Source: an uncultured Coriobacteriia bacterium
GTDB lineage: Bacteria; Actinomycetota; Coriobacteriia; Coriobacteriales; QAMH01
NCBI GenBank assembly: GCA_949879855.1
Contig: CATLBX010000002.1
Coordinates: 1,448-65,447 of the forward strand
Direction: 5' to 3'
Length of the DNA: 64,000 bases
The notes beneath the pieces were generated by a model. That model was not told the origin of the DNA. It did no database searches and worked only from the letters and a program-made list of their open reading frames with translations. Of the stretch, positions 1-10,268 are shown piece after piece. A program made the position numbers and the translations under genes. How positions within the stretch are numbered: position 1 is the first letter of the stretch; each line of letters begins with the position of its first letter.

Positions 1-253
1 CCTTCATCTCGTCGCAGAGCACCTGCGGGTCGACGACACAGCCGTTGCCGATGAGTGGCGTCACGCTGTCGTACATGATGCCCGAAGGGATGAGGTGCAA
101 GGCGAGCTTGGTGTCGCCGTGGATGACCGTATGGCCGGCGTTGTTACCGCCCTGGAAACGGACGACGTAATCGTAGTTGGAAGAAAGCAGGTCCGTGACC
201 TTGCCCTTTCCCTCGTCGCCCCATTGGGTGCCTACTAATATGGTGCCCGACAT
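1..253 (-). CDS. purA: Adenylosuccinate synthetase, 5' part (runs off the window)
   Basis: Manual translation [23 protein letters not shown]...[12 protein letters not shown]...LHLIPSG; not in the ORF track because it is truncated. Confidence 0.95.
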   Translation of the reverse strand, partial: MSGTILVGTQWGDEGKGKVTDLLSSNYDYVVRFQGGNNAGHTVIHGDTKLALHLIPSGIMYDSVTPLIGNGCVVDPQVLCDEMK

Positions 254-334
254 GTGATTCTCCTCGATAGGAAGCATGGGCGCTTTTGCGCACAGCATGT
301 CATTGTATCGAATGTGGGAGAGGGGGCACTCCCG

Positions 335-367
335 AATGAGACAAATACCCTGTGTATTTGTCTCATT
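335..367. repeat. 33-bp palindromic REP, family A
   Basis: AATGAGACAAATAC-CCTGT-GTATTTGTCTCATT; perfect 14-bp arms. Confidence 0.95.
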
Positions 368-484
368 GTTAGGAGGTGGCGTACCGCAGGTCATTACAAG
401 AGGGTGGGGGGCGATCTGCGGCACGCCCGAGGAAAAGCGTGTCACATGGCATGGCGGGCCTGGACACTGCGTAAACGCTGAGGA

Positions 485-1114
485 TTACTTGCCGCCCAGC
501 GGGATGAACATCGTGTCTTCGGAACCATCCCACTTCTCGCGGGCCCCGATAATCGCATCATGGAGGTTCTTCGCACGCGGCTCGACGAACTGCACGGCAA
601 AGCCAATGTCCTTGCGCATATCGGCGACCATGAACGACGGCTTGCCTGCGTTAGCGCGCACCATCGCCTCATCGGCCCCTGTCGCACGCGCCTTTTCGAG
701 CGCGTTCTCGAGGTCGGGATAGCCCACGGTGATAACGTCGATGCCAAGGAAGTCGCAGGCGTCCTGCGCTTCTGCCAGGCTATCCACGAAGATGTGGATG
801 TGATTGAGGCCGGGCTCGTCTTCCTTGTTGAGTTCGGTGAACATCGTAGGTACCGACCAGTCGTTTTGCGAGACAACCTCGATGGAGTGACTGCCCCACG
901 CGCCATAGCAGGCATGGAACTCAAGGCCCTTGCAGTCGACTTCCTCGCCATGATAGAGCAGCTTGCCGAAGGTGTTGGTCGTGTAGAAGAACGGGCCGGA
1001 CCCAAAGAGCCTATTGTGGGCGGTCATGAAGCCGCGCCAATCGGGGGCGGAGAAACCGAGCATATGCACCCAGTCCTTGCCTTTGAAGTAATCGGAATAG
1101 TCTTTCACGCTCAT
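485..1114 (-). CDS. VOC/glyoxalase-family (methylmalonyl-CoA epimerase-like) protein
   Basis: HMLGF...FGSGPF...IEVV...GLNHIHIFVDSL pattern; start MSVKDY follows an AAAGG RBS. Confidence 0.7.
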   Translation of the reverse strand: MSVKDYSDYFKGKDWVHMLGFSAPDWRGFMTAHNRLFGSGPFFYTTNTFGKLLYHGEEVDCKGLEFHACYGAWGSHSIEVVSQNDWSVPTMFTELNKEDEPGLNHIHIFVDSLAEAQDACDFLGIDVITVGYPDLENALEKARATGADEAMVRANAGKPSFMVADMRKDIGFAVQFVEPRAKNLHDAIIGAREKWDGSEDTMFIPLGGK

Positions 1115-1167
1115 GGTTCTGCCTTTCGTTTTAAGCGGAGCGCCTTGCGCCCCGTGAAATGCGTTCA

Positions 1168-1998
1168 CTAGTCGAGCTGCTTGGCCATGGTCATGCCGAA
1201 CTTGCCGCCGTCAAGAATGAGGTCGACGCCAGTCAGGTACTCAAGTCCCGGCTCGAGCAGGCGCACGATGAACTCGGCCATCTCGTCGGGATCGCCCAGG
1301 CGCCCGAAGGCCGTGCCGCGTTCGATACCGGCAACCATCTCATCGGATGCCTCGCGCAGCATGGGCGTGTCGAACGCACCGGGCGCGATGGAGAAGATGC
1401 GGCAGCCCTTCTCCCCAAAGCGCTTGGTGTTCGCACGCGTGTAGTACTGCGTGAAGGTCTTGGAGATGGGGTAGTACTGGTAGTCCTCGCCCATGGCCCG
1501 CATGGCTTCGGGCACCTCGCGCGCATCGATGGCAGCCTTTACCTTCTCGAAGAACTCGGGGTCGTTGGGCTCGTCCCAGATTGCTCGCTCCTCGGGTGTG
1601 GGCTGCACAAAATAACCCGTGATGGACGAATAGTTCACGAGCGCCGCGCCATCCTCGAGATACGGAAGGAACGCCTCAACGAAGTTGATTGTGCCCACCA
1701 TGTTGATCTTGACGATGAGGTCGCCACCGCCGGCATCGACGCCCGCCGCGTTCACCACGTTGCCCAGAGGAGCAATCGACACCGCATAGGCCGCGAACTC
1801 GTCGAGCGAGGCACGGTCGGCGATGTCGACCGCCTTTCCGTAGGCCTCGATACCCTCGCTTTCGAGCTCGGCAACAGCATCGGCGAGGCGCCTTTCATTG
1901 CGGCCTCCCACGAGCACGGGGCCGAACTTTCCGAGCGCTTTGGCGGTCGCAAGGCCCATGCCCGACGTTCCGCCTGTTACAACTTGCAATTTCTTCAT
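1168..1998 (-). CDS. Short-chain dehydrogenase/reductase
   Basis: VVTGGTSGMG, VNAAG, YPISK (YxxSK), SIAPGAFDTPM. Confidence 0.92.
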   Translation of the reverse strand: MKKLQVVTGGTSGMGLATAKALGKFGPVLVGGRNERRLADAVAELESEGIEAYGKAVDIADRASLDEFAAYAVSIAPLGNVVNAAGVDAGGGDLIVKINMVGTINFVEAFLPYLEDGAALVNYSSITGYFVQPTPEERAIWDEPNDPEFFEKVKAAIDAREVPEAMRAMGEDYQYYPISKTFTQYYTRANTKRFGEKGCRIFSIAPGAFDTPMLREASDEMVAGIERGTAFGRLGDPDEMAEFIVRLLEPGLEYLTGVDLILDGGKFGMTMAKQLD

Positions 1999-2063
1999 AT
2001 CGTTTCCCGTCCGCTCGGGCGGCCGCGCATAAGCACGGCCGCCTCATCGACTAAAGCTTGCCG

Positions 2064-3521
2064 CTAATCCGCGTCTGCCTCTGCCTCGGTGGGCTTCTTG
2101 AGCATGAAGGTGATGATGAACAGCACGATCCATGCGATGAGCGATACGATCATGCACAGGCGCATACCCGTTGCCGGGTCCATTGCCACGAGCAGCGTGA
2201 AGACTGCCATGCCGACGCCCGCACCAAGGTTCTGGCCAAGCTGGATGACCGAGTTGCCAAGCGTGCGCAGCTGGGCCTTGAGCATGATCTGCGGCGCGGC
2301 CGACTGCGTGACGGTCTGCTGGGAGTTGAAGAAGCCGGCCAAGAACGTGAGGATGTAGATGACCCACACGGGCACGCCGGGCACGAGGACAAGGACGAAC
2401 GCAAACATGATGAGCACACGCCATACGTTGCCGAAGGTCATGACCCACTTGGCCGTGTTCTGCTTGGCGATAATCTTGCCGAAGACGGGGCCGAGGAACA
2501 GGCCGAGGATTGCCATGAGCGACGTCGCAAGACCACCGGCAAGTGCAGGGCCGATAGCCTGCACGATGGGATCAGTCGCGAGCGTGCGCATGATGAAGCC
2601 GGGGATGAAGAACGAAATCGACATGGCTCCGAAGTTGTGCAGGAAGTTTGATCCCGCCAGGACGAGCGTGTTGCGATCCTTGATGGCGTTGAGCGGCACG
2701 ATGGCGTCATCCTTCTTCTTTGCGATGATGAAGATGAGGACGACGAGTGCGATTGCCGACACGACGAGCAGGCCCGTATTGAGCGGTGTGCCGAACCTCA
2801 CGTAATTGCTACCCATGGAAAGCGCGATGATGAGACAGCCGAGGAAGATGGTGATGACCACAGCGCCCGCAAAGTCGAATTTGCCGCCCTTGACCGCGAG
2901 AAAGGCGACCTCATCCTTCTTCACCTTGACGCCCATGAGAATGAGCACAGCACCCAGGGCCAAAAACGCGAAGAGGATGAAGCACCACACGCGCCAGCCA
3001 ATCTGGTCGATGACGAGACCGCCCAGGAAGGGACCGGCGAGCATGCCGACGGACATCATCGTGCCGACGAGGCCCAGGTACAGGCCCGCTTGCTTCTTAT
3101 CGTAGATATCGCGAATCATGGTGAAGCCGATGGCGAAGACGCCCGCGCTCACCAAGCCCCAGAAGACGTTGGCCGCAATGATGATGAACATGTTGGTCGC
3201 GATACCACGAATGAGGAGCACAAGCGCGCCAACGACGAGCGAGCCACCTGCCAGCAGGCGTTTTGCCGCTGGATTACGTGCGCCGATGAAACCGTAAATG
3301 GGCATGGCGCATACGCCGATGATGCCGCTGACGCCCTGCGCCAGTCCGTAGATGTCCATGCCTCCGATGTCGGCAGCTGCCGCGGGCAGCATGACCGAGT
3401 TGGTATTTGATACAAGCATGTTTGCGATAACGGCGAGGTACAAGCCTATGACCGTCATCATCTTCTTTGCATTGGGAGCGTCCAGAAACGGGTTCCTCGG
3501 CTCCTCCTTGACCTGATCCAT
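2064..3521 (-). CDS. MFS transporter (DHA2-like, about 14 TM)
   Basis: Many hydrophobic segments; GPFLGGLVIDQIGWRVWCF motif. Confidence 0.88.
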   Translation of the reverse strand: MDQVKEEPRNPFLDAPNAKKMMTVIGLYLAVIANMLVSNTNSVMLPAAAADIGGMDIYGLAQGVSGIIGVCAMPIYGFIGARNPAAKRLLAGGSLVVGALVLLIRGIATNMFIIIAANVFWGLVSAGVFAIGFTMIRDIYDKKQAGLYLGLVGTMMSVGMLAGPFLGGLVIDQIGWRVWCFILFAFLALGAVLILMGVKVKKDEVAFLAVKGGKFDFAGAVVITIFLGCLIIALSMGSNYVRFGTPLNTGLLVVSAIALVVLIFIIAKKKDDAIVPLNAIKDRNTLVLAGSNFLHNFGAMSISFFIPGFIMRTLATDPIVQAIGPALAGGLATSLMAILGLFLGPVFGKIIAKQNTAKWVMTFGNVWRVLIMFAFVLVLVPGVPVWVIYILTFLAGFFNSQQTVTQSAAPQIMLKAQLRTLGNSVIQLGQNLGAGVGMAVFTLLVAMDPATGMRLCMIVSLIAWIVLFIITFMLKKPTEAEADAD

Positions 3522-3560
3522 CAGGTTCTCCCTCCTTTTGTTCCCTATATTCCTGCTTCG

Positions 3561-4340
3561 CTAACAGAGCTCACCGCCATCGACCACGAGATGCTGACCG
3601 GTCATGAAGCTCGATGCGTCGGACGCGAGGTAAAGCACCGCGTTGGCGCAGTCGGACACCTTGCCAGTACGACCCAGGGGAATCTTCGCCAGGACGCCAG
3701 GCGCGATCTTCTGGAAGATGTCGTCGGAGCCTTCCGGATGGGTCATGTCGGTCTCGATGAATCCGGGATACAGCGTGTTCATGCGCACGCCCTCGGGTGC
3801 CAGCAGCTTGCCGATGCAGGGCGTAAGCGCGCGGATGGCGCCCTTGGTGGCCGTGTAGGCCACGGACCCGGCTGCCTTCCAGGCGGCAAGAGATGCCACG
3901 GGGATGATCGCGCCGACCTTGTTCTTGGCGCATTCCTGCCAGCCATACTTGATCATGAACATGACACCGTCGAGGTTGATGCCCAGGACCTTGCGCCAGT
4001 TGTCCGTATCGAATGCCGTGCTCAAGCCGCCCGAGAGGGACAGTCCCGAAATACCCGCCGAAAGCACCATGATGTCAAGACGCCCGAATCGCGCGACGCA
4101 GGCCTCGACGGCTGCCTTGCAGTCCTCCTCGCTGGAGACGTCCGTAACGCGATAGGCGGCCTCGCCGCCCGCTTCCTCGATCTCCTTCACTGCCGCAATG
4201 AGCTTGTCTTCGCGGCGCGCTGTGAGAAACACCTTGGCACCGTGCTCGGCGAGCACCTTGGCCGACTCGTTGCCGATACCATGAGAGCTGGCACCGGTAA
4301 TGAGCGCGACCCTCCCTGTAAGGTCAAATGGGTTGTCCAT
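3561..4340 (-). CDS. Short-chain dehydrogenase/reductase
   Basis: ALITGASSHGIG, YTATKGAI, RMNTLYPGFIETDM, SFMTGQHLVVDGG. Confidence 0.93.
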   Translation of the reverse strand: MDNPFDLTGRVALITGASSHGIGNESAKVLAEHGAKVFLTARREDKLIAAVKEIEEAGGEAAYRVTDVSSEEDCKAAVEACVARFGRLDIMVLSAGISGLSLSGGLSTAFDTDNWRKVLGINLDGVMFMIKYGWQECAKNKVGAIIPVASLAAWKAAGSVAYTATKGAIRALTPCIGKLLAPEGVRMNTLYPGFIETDMTHPEGSDDIFQKIAPGVLAKIPLGRTGKVSDCANAVLYLASDASSFMTGQHLVVDGGELC

Positions 4341-4382
4341 GATAACCCCTTTCTTCTTGAGCGTGTGAATTGGAATGACTCG

Positions 4383-4919
4383 CTACTTGCCTTGCATGAG
4401 CGCGGCCATGGGTAAGAGCGCCGGAGCCTCGGCAGGCGAGTTCTCGTGCACTGCCTTGATGCCCTGCCACAATTGCTCACTGGGCGTGTTGACCTCGATG
4501 TACTGGCCCAACTGCTCGCGTGCGTCCACGTAGGCGATTTGCAACCCTTGGCCCGAGGTGACGCGCATGGCAAGACTCATGCCCTGCTTCTCCATCTCCT
4601 CGACCGCTGCATCCACGTCATCGACCCAGATGCAGAAGTGATGCAGGCCAAAGCGCCCCATCTCGTGATAGGGGTCGGGACCGGCACTTTCGACCTCGAT
4701 GAGCTCGAGCTGAATATCGTTCATATGACCGAGCGCGGTGCGCATCTTGAGGTCGACATCCTCGCCACGTACCTTGCAGCTCTCGAGCGGATTGCTGCCC
4801 AGGTCCACAAAGGGACCCGCGCCGAGTGAGGAGCGCAGGAATTCCGCAGATTCCTCGATGCTTTCGACGTAGTAGCCGATCTGCTTGATTCCGTACTTGT
4901 CCAGAAGCTGTTCGTCCAT
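4383..4919 (-). CDS. VOC/glyoxalase-family protein
   Basis: QIGYYVESIEE...GAGPF...IQLELIE...GLHHFCIWVDD...YIEV. Confidence 0.85.
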   Translation of the reverse strand: MDEQLLDKYGIKQIGYYVESIEESAEFLRSSLGAGPFVDLGSNPLESCKVRGEDVDLKMRTALGHMNDIQLELIEVESAGPDPYHEMGRFGLHHFCIWVDDVDAAVEEMEKQGMSLAMRVTSGQGLQIAYVDAREQLGQYIEVNTPSEQLWQGIKAVHENSPAEAPALLPMAALMQGK

Positions 4920-5207
4920 ATTCCGAAACACCTCTTCCGTTCCCTCGCAAATATGCAGATGCGTCGATTTCCGCACGGATGGTCCAGCTCCCTTGAGCAG
5001 GAACGGACAATCGCGTGCGTCAAGAACTCCCCCATTTCGACATCTTCAAAGATGAAGGAGGCGCTCGGGGCGTTCAATTAACAATGATTCTGGATTGCGG
5101 ATGATGTTGCGGCATTCGGCATGGCTGAACCCGGAAGGGTTACAGACTGCCGTTACCTGCACCTGTATGGCACAGATGAAGCAGTCTGTTTCCAGACGCC
5201 ATGCAGG

Positions 5208-5777
5208 CTAGGATGACACGGGGAATGCTTGGAGCCAAAACTGTCGGGTCATCTCCTCATATAACCCGGCGAGCTCGTGGGGCGTATAGGGCATGCCGTC
5301 ACTCACCCATTTCTGCATGAGCATGGCCTGGGATGAGGCGAAGAAATAGGCGATGTAGTCTGTCTTTCTGCTATCGCCCGCCCACTCGTACTCGGCAAAG
5401 ATGTCGATGTTCAGATCGTAGATGGCGTGAGTCGCGATGCGAATGAACGTGTCATCCCTGCCCTTCAGGGGCTTGATGAGATTGCCGTAAAACGAGGCGG
5501 AGTCGTAGATCCTCTCGTAGACCTTCTCGTAGAAGAGCGTGTTCATGTCGAAGGCCTGTTCCCGCGTAAGCACCGCGTTGAGGTTTTCGATAGGCTCGAT
5601 GACGTCCTGCTTGAAAATCGAGGACAGCACGTCGTCCTTGTTCGCGAAGATGTTGTAGAAGGACTTGCGGGAAACGTGCGCGTTCTCGCAAATGTCCGAA
5701 ACGGTTATGCTCAGATAGGGCTTTTCCTCGACAAGTCCCTTCAGGCTGACCTCTATTGCGCTTTTTGCGTCCCCCAT
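5208..5777 (-). CDS. TetR/AcrR family regulator
   Basis: N-terminal HTH ITVSDICENAHVSRKSFYNIFANKDD; TetR_C_8-like C-terminus. Confidence 0.92.
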   Translation of the reverse strand: MGDAKSAIEVSLKGLVEEKPYLSITVSDICENAHVSRKSFYNIFANKDDVLSSIFKQDVIEPIENLNAVLTREQAFDMNTLFYEKVYERIYDSASFYGNLIKPLKGRDDTFIRIATHAIYDLNIDIFAEYEWAGDSRKTDYIAYFFASSQAMLMQKWVSDGMPYTPHELAGLYEEMTRQFWLQAFPVSS

Positions 5778-5954
5778 GACGCCTCCCCCTGGCTCGCCAC
5801 TCGCATTCCCTATGATACTAAATCGCGACGAATGTAGGCGTCATGATTGAGAACGATCGATGGGCAAATGCGGAATACGCTGCGACAACGCGACAATCCG
5901 GACACGCGCGAGGCGCATCCGGATCGTCGGTACTCTCTCTTTCGCGGCGCGCTG

Positions 5955-6467
5955 CTATCCGGCGGCTTTAAGCGACTCCTGCAGCCTGTCGCATCCGCAC
6001 GTGCATCCTTCGGGATGAAGCTCATGCTCCATGGCCGTCTCGGTTTCCACATCTACGAGCGTGATGTCGAAATTAAGGGCCTGATCCGCGAGCTCGTGAT
6101 TGCAGTCAAGCACGACCTCGTCGTCTCTTACCTCCACCACGCGAACGCGCACGACATCACCCTCAGGTGTCTGGATGCCGAGCATGGCTCCCACCGGCAG
6201 CACCTCGCCGTTAGGCAGCGACGTAGCCGGCATGGTAATAACCAGCCCCTCGTCACGCCAACCGTAGGCGCGATCGACGGGAATGTGGATACTGCGGGTC
6301 TCGCCCACGTTCATACCCATCACCGCCAACTCGAAGTCGGGAAGCATGACGCCACTGCCCACAACGAACTCGAGCGGCGATCCCTGTGCCTTCGTGCTCG
6401 CGAATTCGGTACCATCGGCAAGCTTGCCGCGGTATTCGACAACAACACGATCACCTTGGTTGACCAT
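5955..6467 (-). CDS. slyD: FKBP-type peptidyl-prolyl isomerase, SlyD-like
   Basis: VVVEYRGKLADG...PLEFVVGSG...LDCNHELADQALNFDI; short His/Cys tail HELHPEGCTCGC. Confidence 0.85.
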   Translation of the reverse strand: MVNQGDRVVVEYRGKLADGTEFASTKAQGSPLEFVVGSGVMLPDFELAVMGMNVGETRSIHIPVDRAYGWRDEGLVITMPATSLPNGEVLPVGAMLGIQTPEGDVVRVRVVEVRDDEVVLDCNHELADQALNFDITLVDVETETAMEHELHPEGCTCGCDRLQESLKAAG

Positions 6468-6705
6468 GCCGGCCTCCTTCCAAATACATGTTCACCCATT
6501 GACCATTGCGGCGCACGTAGAACGGCTTGAGAACGATGTGGCCGCCGTGCGAACCCGAAGCATGGCACGCGACGCATCCTTCGCTGACAGCGCCATCCAG
6601 AACGAAGATGTCGTTATCGATCTCGAAGTAGCAGTTGCCGTCGGAGCCAAGAAACGCGTGCGTTTCCTTGTCAATGCCGACAACTGGTATTTCGCCTCGT
6701 GCCAT
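6451..6705 (-). CDS. Small hypothetical protein (about 84 aa)
   Basis: AAAGGA RBS upstream; overlaps the slyD start; contains CVACH. Confidence 0.55.
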   Translation of the reverse strand: MARGEIPVVGIDKETHAFLGSDGNCYFEIDNDIFVLDGAVSEGCVACHASGSHGGHIVLKPFYVRRNGQWVNMYLEGGRHGQPR

Positions 6706-6773
6706 GCTCACGGCAATCCTTTCAACCAAGCATCGGGCCGCCGGCGTTTTGCCAGCGGCCCGATGCCCCAGAC

Positions 6774-7577
6774 TTACGCAAGCGGGATGTCGCCCAAGCC
6801 CTTGTCTTCCTCAAGCGTGCTCACTTCGAGAGCGGCCTTCTTTCCGCCTTTCTCGATCTCGACACGCCACTGAGCGTCCGGCAAGTCCTCGAGCCAGAAA
6901 TCGCCCCAGCTGTCGGTCGTCGCGGTGGCCGTGCCCTCGGCACAGGTCGCGGTAACCGTCGCGCCTTCGATGATTTCCTCGGCCTCCGGGTCATACACGG
7001 TGCCGGCAATGAACTTCTTGGGCAGCTTCGTGTAGTAGACGTGCGGGTCGGTCTTGTACTCGGGATGAAGCACTTCGCAACCCGTCAGGTCGAAGTCCTC
7101 GGCCTCGCCAAACTGGATGACATCGAGGTGGCAGTTATCCATGCAGCGAGGCGTGTGGATGGGCTGCTCGGGGTCATCGATCAGATGCGCGCAACCGGTG
7201 CACTTCTGCGGAATCTCCTTCTCCTCGTTCCAGTAGATGACGTGGTATGGGCACGCGTCCACAATCTGCTTCTGGCCCTTGGCCTTGACCGGATCGATGA
7301 TGACCAGACCGTCGTCGCGGCGATAGACCGCGTCGTCCTTGGCCGCCCTCATGCAGGGGGCGTTGCCGCAATGGTTGCACAGACGCGGCGTATAGCTCAC
7401 CTTGACGTGGGGCTTCTGACCGCGTTCCTTTTGCTCGACCTTCATCCAAAACTGACCGATTTCGGGCTGTGCCTCGGCATAGGGCATCCAGCAGTTGCCG
7501 CAATGCTCGTCTTTGCAACCGATCTGGCAGTTATGGCAACCGACACAACGGGCGGCGTCGATAACAAATACCTTCAT
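6774..7577 (-). CDS. 4Fe-4S beta subunit of a transhydroxylase-like Mo enzyme
   Basis: CVGCHNCQIGC, CNHCGNAPC, CPY, KCTGCAH...PRC; C-terminal carboxypeptidase-regulatory-like beta domain as in the pyrogallol transhydroxylase small subunit. Confidence 0.9.
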   Translation of the reverse strand: MKVFVIDAARCVGCHNCQIGCKDEHCGNCWMPYAEAQPEIGQFWMKVEQKERGQKPHVKVSYTPRLCNHCGNAPCMRAAKDDAVYRRDDGLVIIDPVKAKGQKQIVDACPYHVIYWNEEKEIPQKCTGCAHLIDDPEQPIHTPRCMDNCHLDVIQFGEAEDFDLTGCEVLHPEYKTDPHVYYTKLPKKFIAGTVYDPEAEEIIEGATVTATCAEGTATATTDSWGDFWLEDLPDAQWRVEIEKGGKKAALEVSTLEEDKGLGDIPLA

Positions 7578-7592
7578 AGTTTGACCTCTCTC

Positions 7593-10268
7593 CTACTTCT
7601 CGATGACCCAGGACTTGCGGTTGATGCCGATTGCCGGGTCGTAGTCGCGGGCGAATGCCTCGGGGTAATCGCGCTTCCAGCCCTCGTACTCCTCATCGGT
7701 GACCTTGGCGACCTCGGCCAGATAACCGGTGACTGCGAAGCCCTTGCAATGCTTGGAAACCTGGTTACCCGGGCAGATGAGGTTGATGGCACCGCCACGG
7801 TCCAGATGCGGGGCGATGGGATCAACGCGGCTGCCCTTGGCGATGACGACGCTGCGCTCGGCCACGCGCTCGGAGATGCGGGCACCCAAAAGCACCGTAC
7901 CGCGCTCGTTGAAGATCTTGACGATGTCGCCGTTCTTGATGCCGCGGGCCTCGGCGTCCTCGGGGGCAATCCACAGCGGCTCATAGAGGTAGCCGTCCTT
8001 GCCCTTCACCTTGCAGGTCTCGATCTCGCGGAACCACTTGATGTCGTCGCCTTGGACATGCACACGCCACTTGGCGGGATTGGCCGTGACCAACAGCGGG
8101 TACTTCTTGCAGCGCTCGCCCCAGAAGGTCTCATCGTGCGTCCAGCCTTCCTCGGCCGGGCCGCCAACGATCCACTTCGCCATCGGCTGGCGCTCCTTGT
8201 CGTCGGGGAAGTTGTCGGCCAGCGCCTGGGACCAGAACTCGATCTTGCCGGTAGGCGTGTCGAGCGGATACTGCTCGGGGTCCTCGTAGAAGTTGCGCAT
8301 GCCGGGGGCCATCTGCTCCCAGTTCTCCTCAAGCTTGGGGTAGTAGTAGCCCTTTTCCTTGTAGGTCTCCCAATCGATCTCCTCGACCAGACGCGAGCTC
8401 TGGAATGCCGTCTCGATCCACATGTCGTCGGTCATGCCCTTGTCGATGTCCTCGCGCACGCCGAAGCGCTCGCCGATGGTGCAGGCGATCTGGAAGTCGG
8501 ACAGCGACTCGCCCTGGTGCTCGATGGCAGGGGGCGTGAGACCCGCATGACGCACGGGAACCTGAGAGGAGGCGCCCATGTCGTCGTTGTCCTCGAGACA
8601 GGTGGTAACAGGAAGAACGAGGTCGGCAAACAGCGAGTCGTTCTCGAGCCACTGATGGTTGGTGATGAAGCACTCCACCTCATCCGTGCGAATGGCATCC
8701 TGGTAGTTGAAGCCGCCGTCCCAGCAGTTCATGTTGCAGGGCTTCTCCGACCACAGCAAGTGGATGCGGTTGACCTTCGGCGCCTCCGTGGGAATGGGCT
8801 TGCCGAAGCGCTCGGCCATCGCCTGCTCCATAGCAAGAGCAGCCTGGGGATTGCCGGGATAATTGAACTCCTGGAACTGCTCGCTCGTCTCAACGTAGAC
8901 GATGCAGGGGCTGCCCCACCACTTCGCCTTGCCGGTTTGCAGGGCCTCGGCAATCATCGTTCGCGGCAGCGACTGCGCACTCGGGAAGAACATGCGGCAC
9001 TGGATGGCCATGGTGAACGGAGCCGTCGTCGAGCGGGCAATCTTCTCCTTGGCCGTGACCTGCGCGCTCAGGTGATACTGCTGCACGCCCGGCTTGCCCA
9101 GGCCCTGCATGGCGAGCAGGTAGGCAGAGGTGCGGGCAGGCTCGTGGCTGTACGGCGTCTTGATAGAGCCCGAGCTGTAGTGTACGTGCGAGGTCGTCTT
9201 CTTGGCGACGTTGCGAGCGAAGGCCTTGATGGTCCAGGCGGGAACGCCGCAGCGCTCGGCTGCCCAGGCCGGCGTCTTGGGCTCGCCATCTTCCTTGCCC
9301 ATCACGTAGTCGACCATCTTGTCGAAGTGCACGGTGTGCGTCTCGACGTAGTCCTTGTCGTAGAGGTCCTCGGTCAGCCAGGTGTAGATGACGCCGAAGT
9401 GGAATGCGGCATCCGTGTTGGGCAGGATGGGAATCCACTTCATGGTGTGGCACACCGACGTGTAGTTGCAGAACGGATCGACGCAGACCATCTCCTTGCC
9501 GAGCTTCTCCCAATAGCCCATGACCTGCGAGAGGAACATGGACGCGTAGTTGGTGGTGAGCTCGTAGTCGCCCGCGTCGAAGACGAGCATCTCGGAGTGC
9601 TGGCAGATGTCGAGCAGCACGTTCCACGAGTTGTAGCCTGTCTCTTGCGGAGCCACGAGACCGAGGCCCTTGTTGGCACCAGCGCCCCAGACGTGCTTGG
9701 CGCCCCAGTACCAGCCCTCAACGGAGTCCGGCGTACGCGTTTCGCGGGTGTAGCCGCCGAGCTTGTCCATGAGGGTCGCATGCATGCCGCCGCCGGCGTG
9801 CAGGTCCTTGGACTCACGGTGGCCGTCCTCGCCGATGCAGATGACCGAATAGGGGCCATAGGTGTCGATGACGCGACGAAGCTCGGACTCGACGATGTCG
9901 AGTGCTTCGTCCCAGCTAATCTCGACGAACTTCGACTTGCCGCGATTGGCGGAATTCATCTTGGCGGGATCTCCGCCCGGCTCCCAGTCAACGCGCTTAA
10001 GCGGCTTGAGTACGCGGTTCTTCGAATAGACGCGGTTCTTGTAGGCCAGTGCCATCCAGTTGGGGCACGTTTTGATGGTGGGCTCGAACACCTTGCCATC
10101 GACCTCGATCTTCCACATCGAGGGTGCCAGCTCCTCCTTGGTGTAGGCGGTGTCGTTCCTGAACGGGCGGATACGCACGATCTTGCCGTCCATGGTATCG
10201 ACCGCCGTTATCTCACCGCCCGTGCCACCACACGCGATGCTCTGGAGCGTAGTCTTGATCTCCTTCAT
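7593..10268 (-). CDS. Molybdopterin (bis-PGD) oxidoreductase alpha subunit, pyrogallol transhydroxylase-like
   Basis: EISWDEALD, TPDSVEGWYWG (Ser ligand motif; transhydroxylase has PDSWEGWHWG), FADLVLP, molydop-binding C-terminus; no Tat signal and no N-terminal FeS. Confidence 0.9.
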   Translation of the reverse strand: MKEIKTTLQSIACGGTGGEITAVDTMDGKIVRIRPFRNDTAYTKEELAPSMWKIEVDGKVFEPTIKTCPNWMALAYKNRVYSKNRVLKPLKRVDWEPGGDPAKMNSANRGKSKFVEISWDEALDIVESELRRVIDTYGPYSVICIGEDGHRESKDLHAGGGMHATLMDKLGGYTRETRTPDSVEGWYWGAKHVWGAGANKGLGLVAPQETGYNSWNVLLDICQHSEMLVFDAGDYELTTNYASMFLSQVMGYWEKLGKEMVCVDPFCNYTSVCHTMKWIPILPNTDAAFHFGVIYTWLTEDLYDKDYVETHTVHFDKMVDYVMGKEDGEPKTPAWAAERCGVPAWTIKAFARNVAKKTTSHVHYSSGSIKTPYSHEPARTSAYLLAMQGLGKPGVQQYHLSAQVTAKEKIARSTTAPFTMAIQCRMFFPSAQSLPRTMIAEALQTGKAKWWGSPCIVYVETSEQFQEFNYPGNPQAALAMEQAMAERFGKPIPTEAPKVNRIHLLWSEKPCNMNCWDGGFNYQDAIRTDEVECFITNHQWLENDSLFADLVLPVTTCLEDNDDMGASSQVPVRHAGLTPPAIEHQGESLSDFQIACTIGERFGVREDIDKGMTDDMWIETAFQSSRLVEEIDWETYKEKGYYYPKLEENWEQMAPGMRNFYEDPEQYPLDTPTGKIEFWSQALADNFPDDKERQPMAKWIVGGPAEEGWTHDETFWGERCKKYPLLVTANPAKWRVHVQGDDIKWFREIETCKVKGKDGYLYEPLWIAPEDAEARGIKNGDIVKIFNERGTVLLGARISERVAERSVVIAKGSRVDPIAPHLDRGGAINLICPGNQVSKHCKGFAVTGYLAEVAKVTDEEYEGWKRDYPEAFARDYDPAIGINRKSWVIEK

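Noticed and set aside
254-484. Purine/ZTP riboswitch upstream of purA (hairpin about 378-428)
   Set aside because: No aptamer consensus recognised; the hairpin more plausibly terminates the upstream VOC operon
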